This document shows, one piece after another, positions 54,979-64,000 of a stretch of DNA of 64,000 nt. The DNA comes from Octopus sinensis. Lineage: Eukaryota. Location of the stretch: contig NC_043009.1 of NCBI RefSeq assembly GCF_006345805.1, forward strand, positions 38,254,001 to 38,318,000, given 5' to 3'. The notes beneath the pieces were generated by a model, which did no database searches, was not told the DNA's origin, and was given only the letters and a program-made list of their open reading frames with translations. The translations under genes and the position numbers were made by a program. Positions within the stretch are counted from its first letter, which is position 1. The number at the start of each line of letters is the position of its first letter.

Positions 54979-55368
54979 GTGTGTGTATATATATATATAT
55001 ACATACATATGTACACACATATCTGTCATTGATGATTGTCAATTAAAGACCCTCATTGAGAAAGATCTACGTAAAATCACTCGCGAACTGGCAATAGAAC
55101 TTCAAGTTAGCCAGAAAACTGCCTGCAACCATTTGCATGCAATTGGAAAATCAAAAAGCTCGAGAAATGGTTACCACATGATTTGAATGAAAAACAGAAA
55201 ATGCGCAGATACGAAATTTGCTGATTCTGTACAATAATAAAAAAGAACGTTGAGGGAAGTGTTGCGGTTCTAAGCTGCGCGATGTAGCTGAAATGCGATA
55301 TAGATAAGTCAGGAGAAATTAAGATAATAATAATGATACTACTACTACTACTACTACCACTACTACTT

Positions 55369-55443
<75 letters not shown>

Positions 55444-55464
55444 ATAATAATAATAATAAATACC

Positions 55465-55696
55465 TATTTCTTTACTACCCACGAGAGGCTAAACACAGAA
55501 AGAACAAACAAGGACAGAAAAATGATTAGGTCGATTATAACGACCCCAGTGCGTAACTGGTACTTATTTAATCGACCTCGAAAGGATAAAAGGCAAAGTC
55601 GACCTCGGCGGAATTTGAACTCAGAACGTAGCGGCAGACGAGATACCGCTGAGCATTTCGCCCGGTGTGCTAACGTTTCTGCCAGCTCGCCGCCTT
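55465..55696 (-). mobile_element. Full-length SINE A
   Basis: Reverse complement of head to tail consensus. Confidence 0.88.
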
Positions 55697-55711
55697 CGAT
55701 AATAATAAATA

Positions 55712-56256
55712 CCCTGATGCAATACTAAGCTTTCATGGTTTCTCATCTTTACTGAATGGAAGTGTTATCACGTAAATTTCTTGTCTTGTTATAAAAGATG
55801 GGCTACAGCAAATATTCTGCTCATTACCTCAGATTTTCTTGTCAGTTGTTTGGCCATAACCAGTTGAGCGTGTCCTTTAGTGGCTGATGATATGTGCATC
55901 ACTGATCACGAGCAGGAGTAGTCGGGGAGCATTATAGCCATGTGCTGAGAGGAGTTCTTTGGGGTTTGGATAATTCACCTCTGGAAACATAGGTGTTTCG
56001 TTCAACATCCTTAGACAACCTTTATTCAGGGACTTTTGAGTGGAATGGGCTACTCGATCTGGAGAAAATTCTAACTGGGCCCCATTTACAAGGTCCTGCG
56101 CTGTTAATCTTGATATGAGATGCATATCCCTGGTGTACCCTTATCAGACAGGTAGTCATGATGGGTATACTGGGCTTCGTATATTTTACCCCAGCATCAC
56201 TTTGATGGCATGCACTGCTCTCTCACTCAATAATAATGATAATAATGATAATAAAC

Positions 56257-56325
<69 letters not shown>
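55712..56325 (+). mobile_element. Probable 3' end of a non-LTR retroelement ending in (AAT)n
   Basis: Unique ~515-bp block ending ctctctcactc then (AAT)n, preceded by a short aataataa. This fits a (TAA)n-targeting Dong/R4-like element, but no ORF is visible to confirm it. Confidence 0.45.
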
Positions 56326-56351
56326 TCATCATCATCATCAGCAGCAGCAGC

Positions 56352-56390
<39 letters not shown>

Positions 56391-56747
56391 TCAAATTTTG
56401 GAACAAGGCCAGCAAGTTTGTGGGTGGGGGTTAAGTAGATTACATCGACCCCAGGGATGAACTGGTACTTATTTTATCGACTCCGAAAGGATAAAAAACA
56501 AAGTCAGCTTCGGGGGAATTTTAATACAGACGGTAATAAGACGGATGATACGCCGATAACGATTCTGCCAGGTCAATAGGCGCAGGCGTGGCTGAGTAGT
56601 GAATAAACTTGCTTTATAACTGCTTGGTTTCGGGTTTAGTCCTTTTGCCGATCAATGACTTTGTGAAAGAGTTTGGTTGATGGAAACTATATGGAAGCCC
56701 GTCGTATATATAATATATATATATCTATTATATATATATATTATATA

Positions 56748-56801
<54 letters not shown>

Positions 56802-56925
56802 TGGTAAAAACCGTAAGATAACAAAAGAAAGAAAGAGACCTCAATTTACTAAGAGCTAATACGGCTTTTTTGGATTATCGCCTAACATCGGTTGAGGACT
56901 CTAACACACAGAAGAATTTAATATG

Positions 56926-56980
<55 letters not shown>

Positions 56981-57122
56981 CAATTAAGATTCAAGTCAAT
57001 TCTAATGAATTCACTTGAATATGGTACTTAACTTAGATGCACCAGAAAACTATATGGTGTTAACTAATACAATAGTGTGGGGTGATTATAAACGAGAAAA
57101 GAAGCAACAAGAATGGATTGGT

Positions 57123-57213
57123 TTTTAGTACAATTGTTTCATACAAAGACAGGCTTTATTAAAAGTTGCAAATATTGCAGCAGATAAAAGTGTCCCGTAC
57201 TCATCAGCTAAAA
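57123..57213 (-). ncRNA. Type I hammerhead ribozyme (inverted pLTR copy)
   Basis: Exact reverse complement of 59303-59393. Confidence 0.8.
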
Positions 57214-57311
57214 CACATATGAGTTCTCCAAACATCTTAGTGGGTGAGGCTACACCCATGAAGTATTGGAAATAATTTCATTAAAAGCAGATTCAGGTTG
57301 TAAACAGACTT

Positions 57312-58055
57312 TAATAGCTAAGATTAATAATAATAACATTAAGCTAGCCAGGAAAGATAAAAATAATACCAACATGAACAACAATATACATTCATATAAA
57401 AATACTAACAGTAATAGTAACAATACCAATAATGTAAGTAATCATGGTAGGACTTTAGATCTAAAGGATGGAGCAAAAAGATCAATAAATAATAACACTG
57501 CTTTAGATAACAGCACTAACTATAATAATAATAATAATAATAACGATAAATATACTCATGATAATCAAAATAATAGGAACATGAGACATCTATCCATGAA
57601 TAATCCAACATCTGAAGTTGACCCTCCTACGTGTAATTGTAGAATCAGGTCAAAATGCCCGGCACCTGGTCTATGCGGGGTAAATAACGTAATCTATAAA
57701 TGTACCATAACTACTGAGAATAACAATTTCTTTTTACATTGGTTGTACTGTAAATTTTAAGAAAAGAGTTAGAAACCATATCTCATCTTTTAACTTACGT
57801 CATAAAGCTGGTACCACCACGCTTTCAAATAAGATCTGGGAACTCAAAAATAATAATAGTAATTATAACCTTAATTGGGAAATAGTTAGAAGAGCAATGC
57901 CGTATAAAAATAATAGGGTTGGTTGCCAACTCTGCTCCATGGAGACGTATGAAATTCTAATGCATAGAAAAAATAAGAGTTTGTTAAATAACCATATAGA
58001 ATTAGGTCAATTTTGTGTTCATGCAAAATTGAAGACTCAAAAATATTTTAAATGA
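57312..58055 (+). CDS. PLE linker plus GIY-YIG endonuclease (RT absent); one +1 frameshift in the T run at 57731-57735
   Basis: CNCRIRSKCPAPGLC...NVIYKC...F/YIGCTVNFKKRVRNHISSF...TLSNKIWELK...NWEIV...CQLCSMETYEI...LLNNHIE...CVH...stop 58053-58055. Confidence 0.85.
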
Positions 58056-59302
58056 ATAACCGTATAGACTAATCGTAAGGAGATAGATAGATAGATAGAT
58101 CTAGCTTGTTTTTTACTAGTAAAGCATAACTTTAATATATTTTTTAAATAGATATCTGCGAGCTGTTACACTATGGTTATCTCTTTCTTTATAACTGTAC
58201 CTGATTTTGAACACAAAGAAACAAATAGTACTTGTAAGTTGCTTAAATGAAGTTTTAATTGACTTTATAGTTAGTTTTTAAATTTTAATTTTTAATTTAA
58301 TCTAATTTTTAATCTAACTTAGGTAACACAACTTAAATAAAATAAGTTAATAATACTTCATAATTCTATTACAAAATTTAATAAGTAATGCTACTCCCTT
58401 GAAAGTAGTATAAGAAATTTCAATATAATAAGCAATTCCCTCACACCTTGTAAACTGACTTCTAAGTATAAACCTATAGTCTGTCAATGTATAGATAGTA
58501 ACAACAACAATATAATACAGTAACAGTAATAAATAAATTAAATTTAATGACCTCTTTCTAGTATTGCACTTATTTTCTCTTAATGTATTTCCCTTTAATG
58601 ATAGCCTTTGACCCCTCAATCCCTTACCTTGTTCTCTCTTTAGATTCTCATTTCTGCTTTAGCTACGTCAGGTTGGCAAATAAATAGCTGTTTACTGGTC
58701 AAAAATAATATTCTCCTTATAGTTCTTAGATTCCTGCAAATTCTAAGCCAGCCTGACAGTCTCCATATTTAAGAGACTTTTTTCTGTGTAGAGGGTTACC
58801 TGCGACCCTTTCCCTCTCAGTTGTCACAGTATACTCTATGTGGGCGTTTTTTCTTTTTCTTTTCTTTTTTCTTTTTTCTTATTTTCTTTGTTTCTTTTCT
58901 TTTTCTTCTCTTCTCTTCCTTTTCTTTTCTTTGCTCACAAAATTCCTTCAGCCTTTAGAAGTCATAACATAGCAGTTTGTGAAGAGAACAGTAATGTGGC
59001 AAATACCTTATAATATAGCATGAAATTATACCCACCTCATTGTGGATTAACCATGGATAAATTCATCGTCTGTGAGTATGAAATACCTCCTCATATCTCT
59101 GGAAATTTACACCTACACTATGGATGGATTAAACTTCTCTGTGAAGCTAAATAACTTTTTTAAAACCTGTGATAAGACTGTGCATCATCATTAAAGAACT
59201 TTGGAAGTCTGTTTACAACCTGAATCTGCTTTTAATGAAATTATCTCCAATACTTCATGAGTGTAGCCTCACCCACTAAGATGTTTGGAGAACTCATATG
59301 TG

Positions 59303-59393
59303 TTTTAGCTGATGAGTACGGGACACTTTTATCTGCTGCAATATTTGCAACTTTTAATAAAGCCTGTCTTTGTATGAAACAATTGTACTAAAA
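59303..59393 (+). ncRNA. Type I hammerhead ribozyme with long stem II
   Basis: ttttag-CTGATGA(59309-15)-gtac...gtat-GAAA(59376-79)-caattg-TA-ctaaaa. 6-bp stem I, palindromic stem III, predicted cut after 59387. Confidence 0.82.
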
Positions 59394-59420
59394 ACCAATC
59401 CATTCTTGTTCTTTTTCTCG

Positions 59421-59455
<35 letters not shown>

Positions 59456-59492
59456 TATATATAATATTATTTATATATATATATATATATAT

Positions 59493-59524
<32 letters not shown>

Positions 59525-59715
59525 GTATTTATGGTATGTATATATGTATGTATTTATGTATGTATGCATGTATGTATGTATGTATGTTGTATGTATGTAT
59601 GTATGTATGTAGGTATGTATGTATGTATGTATGTATGCATGCATGTATGTATGTATGTATGTATGTATAGAGTGTTAGGTGTGATGTACAGAAATTGACT
59701 ATTGAGAAAAAAGTC

Positions 59716-59962
59716 GTCAGAATTTTGGGAAAAGAATCGTTTTATTTCTTCATTATTATTATTAGCGCTTTCGTTCCTTTCTCGAACTTGTCAAATGAAA
59801 TTTTGGGAACGCACTTGTTCATTTATATAAAACATCTGTTTTATATAAATGAACAAGTTATTTGTACATTCACAAAACTTTATTTGACACGTTCGAGAAA
59901 GGAACGAATGCGCTAATAATAATAATGAAGAAATAAAGCGATTTTTTTCCCCAAATTCTGAC
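59716..59962. mobile_element. 247-bp foldback palindrome (MITE-like)
   Basis: Outer arms ~80 bp with few mismatches; inner perfect 22-bp stem 59813-59834 / 59837-59858 with a 2-nt loop. Confidence 0.8.
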
Positions 59963-60019
59963 ATTTCTCTCTCTCTCTCTCTCTCTCTATATCTATATAT
60001 ATATATATATATATATACA

Positions 60020-60282
60020 TCACATGACCACATGACCGACAAGACTATCATATGCTGTTACATATCGCTGGTTATCATACGTTTTGCATTGTTTTAGCCA
60101 TAAAACGACGCCACCCTGCTGGTTAGGTGGGCAGGCCATCACACCCCTTTCATCGAAAGGGGACTGGAGAAACGTGAAATGAAGTATTTTGCTCAAGAAC
60201 AAACGGCTATCCGGTCTGGGAATCGAACCCACGATTTGGTGATCGTGGGTGCAAAAGCCTAACCACTTGGCCACGCGCCTTC
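60020..60282 (-). mobile_element. SINE family D (tRNA head, ttgagcaa..acttcatttcac body, CACGTGAT-like tail)
   Basis: A box tggccaagtgg and B box ggttcgattccc on the minus strand; fragments at ~5935, ~22735 and ~35490. Confidence 0.8.
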
Positions 60283-61914
60283 ACATATGTGCGTGTCTGT
60301 GTATGTGTATGTGTGTGTGTGTGTGCATGTGTGTGTGTCTACTCATGTATATGTATATATATATATGTATAAGTACATATATACAAACACACAAGTATAT
60401 CAATGCATGCATGTGTTAAACACTTATAGATGTGAATCGCGACAACCGCTGTTGGTTTGTTTACGTCCCAGTAATATAGCGGCTCGAGAAAAGCCAGCAT
60501 AAGAATAAGTACCAAGTTTAAGATTAAGTAGTGGAGTTAGTTCGTCCCATTAAACCGCCCCAGCATGACCGCAGTCTAATGATTGGAAGAAATGAAATAG
60601 GGCAGATAGGTACATCGTTAGGAAAGGTCATACCTTTAATGTTCTAAAATATTTTAGTGAAGAGTTGTGTTCTTGATTGACTCGAAAGGGTTAAACAGAA
60701 GAGGAATTCGATGTTCTTTATTTGTGAGAGAACGCGCAAAATGCAACGTACCATTCTTTCAGAATGGCAGTGTACTTCCAAGGCAATGAAAGATAGTAAT
60801 ATATTTAACCTAACTATATTTGTACGTTGTTAAGTGCACGAATGTAAGATAGGTTCTGCAAATAATTAAGTTTTATAATAATATTTGAATTATGGTGAGA
60901 GAGAGAGATGTGGGGAACGGGGAATATGGTAAAGAAAAGACAATATTGCATAAAATATCTAATTGGATGACCTAAGAGAGGGAATATGATGTGAAAAATC
61001 GATATTTTATAAAATATCTAATTGGACGACCTGAGAGAGTAGTTATAAAAACGGAGCTTAATGAAGCAGATGGGAAAATATTAAAGACTAATTTGAGTGT
61101 AGGAATTATGAGTATCATATAAATGAACATAAATAAAAATTAGGATTATTTAGCATAATGGCGATTGATAAATTAGCAGGATTTATACTACTCAGGGAAG
61201 CCTTCTGCCAACAAAAAGTTTTTCAGAGTATATATCTAGCTTGGTGAGTAATGTACGTCTCTCGTTAGTAGAGTTATGGTATGGGAACGGAAGATAAGTA
61301 GTGTTATTGGTAAAAAGGTGAGAAAGTGACTTGGAAATAAGATCTGACATTCATAAAGGTGTTATTATGATTACAAGAGATTAACGAGATCGCATGTATT
61401 TGGGAATTTGCGTTGTCATTAGAAGTATGTCACTGAGGTGTCCAAAAAATTAACTCTTTTATAAACGCAAGAAGGTATTAAAATTTAAAAATTGTAACTA
61501 GAAGTTTTTTTTAGCGACCCTTGTTTAATACTGGGACAAGGGCCAGCAATTTTGGAGAAGGGGATAAGTCGATTGCCTCGACCCTAGTATTGAACTGGTA
61601 AAGATGAAAGTCAAGGTCGACCACAAGAGAATTAGAACTCAGAACGTAAAGACAGACGAAACGTGGCTAAGCAATTCACCCGACCTGCTAACGATACTGC
61701 CAGCTCGCCGCATTACCCTTATCAAATATTAGAAGCGTGTGTATGTGTGCGTGCGTATACAAACACACACACACACACACATAGCATTTCTTGTGCGTAG
61801 AGTTAGATTGTATGACTGTTACTGGTGAGTTCAGAGGTCCGAGTAGAGTTTAGAGTTTCAGTCTAATTTTAGTCAAGTGTTCTGGTTACTGTTGTGTAAG
61901 CATAATACAATAAA

Positions 61915-62015
61915 GTGTCCACTGATGAATTGTTGTCTCTCAGCACCTGACTGCATTTGGAACACACACGGCAGAGAATGCAAGTTATCCACAATGGTGA
62001 AACGTACGTAGGAAC
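61915..62015 (+). ncRNA. Degenerate long-loop hammerhead-like motif
   Basis: CTGATGA (61922-28), ~70 nt containing tgcatt/aatgca, then GAAA-cgtacg-TA (61999-62010); stem I pairing is poor. Confidence 0.3.
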
Positions 62016-62670
62016 AAATGATATAAACTTCCTCTTGTGTTTATCTTTCTTTTCCTTTCTCCCATCTCTCTCTGCCTTCCTCTTTCCGTGTATATAATAC
62101 AAATGTATAAAATGCATTAAGAAATAATAGTGAAACACCATTTTGTGAGAAGGAGAGAGAAAGCGAGAGAAAGGGTGAGAGAAAGAAAGAAGGACAAAAT
62201 AATGAAAGAAATCTCAGTTGAAGTCAAGAGGATTAGTGGTTTAAGATAAAGAAAGCCGAAAATGTTTGTGCTTTAAGCTATAGCACTATCTATTTGGTAA
62301 TGAGGCTTCATTGAAATTTAAGCACCAAGTTCTGTCCTTCCAAAACTGTTTAAAATGTGATTATGTTATTTTTTCTTACATATTTTGGTGTTTTTCGTCT
62401 CTGCTTTAATTTATTTTCTATTGTCGAACTCAAACTGTTTCCTCTCATTTTATTCTCTGGTACATTTCATCGTTTATCTTTTATTTGGTTCAGTTATTGG
62501 GTTGCAGTCACGCTAGGGTATCATCTTGAACGGTTTTAGTCGAACAAATATCCACACCAGTACTTATTGTTTTAAAGCCTGGTACATATTTTATCGGTAC
62601 CGAAACGCCAAGTTACAGGGACGTAAACACACCAACACCAGTTGTGAAAAGGATTATATATATATCATTA

Positions 62671-63087
62671 TACTCTCTTTTACTCTCTCTTTTACTCTTT
62701 TACTTGTTTCAGTCATTTGACTGCGGCCATGCTGGAGCACCGCCTTTAATCGAGCAACTCAACCCCGAGACTTATTCTTTGTAAGCCCTGTACTTATTCT
62801 ATCAGTCTCTTTTGCCGAACCGCTATGTGACGGGGATATAAACACACCAGCATTGGTTGTCAAGCAATGCTAGGGGGACAAACACAGACACACAAACATA
62901 TATATAAATATATATACATAAATACGACGGGCTTCTTTCAGTTTCCGTCTACCAAATCCACTCACAAGGCTTTGGTCGGCCCGAGGCTATAGTAGAAGAC
63001 ACTTGCCCAAGGTGCCACGCAGTGGGACTGAACCCGGAACCATGTGGTTGGTAAACAAGCTACTTACCACACAGCCATTCCTGCGCC
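62671..63087 (-). mobile_element. Full-length SINE C
   Basis: Reverse complement of the 33995 consensus. Confidence 0.92.
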
Positions 63088-63139
<52 letters not shown>

Positions 63140-64000
63140 ATATATATCTATATATATATTTATAATTGTGTTGTCCTCTACTATCACTTGAAAGTCGGTG
63201 CTGGTTTGTTTGTGTCTACGTAACATAGCGAATTGGCAAAAAAACCCAATAAATTAAGTAACAACCATTAGAAAATAAGTAGTGAGATCGATTCGTTTCA
63301 CCCATACAAGAGGTGCCCAACCCTGGCTGCAGTCTAATGACCGAAACAATTAAAAGCTAATAAAAAAAGAGGCAAGAGATGTGTTATTCCTCCAGCCTCC
63401 TGATAAAATACATTTTCATTCAAGCCTTTCGTTGTCCCAGGGAATGATGTAACATAGATTCCCAACGCCTGTGATTGAAGTCATATTTGGCGCCTACATC
63501 TTAACAATCATAAGAGATCAGAAGAAATTGCATCCCTTCATCGCTGCGCTCTTCGTCCTATCCTGTTACACTTGCACTCTGCCCTCGTTTTCTGTTTCTT
63601 TGGTGAAATATGTTAATCTTAGCAAAATTGATTACAGTAGTAAACATAACAACAGTACTTTTGACAATTGTTTTTCACAATAATACATTACTTATCTCAA
63701 TGTTACAAACTGAATCAATCAATGTCTCCCGCTATAATTAGTTCACGTTGTTGTTGTTACTTTTGATATTGTTGACGTTTTGGTTGTATTTGAGGCTGTC
63801 GATGTTTCTATCATTGTTTTTGCCGTTGTATTTGCTACTTTTGTCGTTGATGTTGTTGTACTAGATGTTGGTATTGTTTATCCCGAAGTCACATCGGACT
63901 GAGTAGAATTACGACCAAGAATGTTTCAGGAACGTCCAACCAATCGTTTTTATTTTTATACATTGAAGATGTTATGCAATATGGGCTTCCTTCTAATTTT

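Larger units (their letters stand above)
54150..55221 (+). pseudogene. Mariner (Hsmar1/SETMAR-like) transposase N-terminal fragment, split at 54360-55021
   Basis: MKLSKRNIRAILLFDFK..GRKTAEIARDIN...VRKWFERFHSGDPSLEDRER // SVIDDCQLKTLIEKDLRKITRELAIEL...HLHAIGKSK.LEKWLPHDLNEKQKMRRYEIC matches mariner HTH1-HTH2-WVPHEL; frameshifted. Confidence 0.85.
56977..59421 (+). mobile_element. 5'-truncated Penelope-like element with inverted pseudo-LTR, inserted in (TA)n
   Basis: 57092-57311 and 59205-59421 are inverted repeats differing by 2 substitutions and a 3-nt indel; GIY-YIG ORF between them; (TA)n at both ends. Confidence 0.9.

Noticed and set aside
59020-59154. 44-codon ORF in the PLE 3' region
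   Set aside because: The homologous part of the 54.9-kb copy is frameshifted; no recognisable domain.
63743-63878. Thr/Ser-rich mucin-like minus-strand frame
   Set aside because: Bounded by stops on both sides and derived from a cryptic (ACA)n repeat.

Overview
AT-rich, microsatellite-saturated eukaryotic DNA. The SINE families resemble those I know from octopus/cephalopod genomes; this is inferred from motif recall, not a database search. I find no confident host protein-coding exon, tRNA or rRNA gene, and almost all listed ORFs are translations of simple repeats. The window contains at least four tRNA-headed SINE families (called A-D here), hAT- and mariner-type MITEs, decayed mariner, RTE and probably piggyBac fragments, and Penelope-like element (PLE) material. 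The main signal is a dense set of type I hammerhead ribozyme (HHR) motifs read directly from the sequence. (i) A 5'-truncated PLE encodes only a GIY-YIG endonuclease and is bracketed by ~217-bp inverted pseudo-LTRs, each with a long-loop HHR (56977-59421). A diverged sister copy at 54494-54978 shows compensatory stem changes. (ii) A non-coding ~452-bp tandem unit carries two HHRs 454 nt apart (16227-17039), a retrozyme/circRNA-like layout. (iii) Short non-coding elements carry minimal HHR variants with non-canonical cores (CCGACGA, CUGUAGA). Most of these sit in (TA)n tracts, often the tract inside the CORE-type SINE. Ribozyme activity is predicted from structure only.
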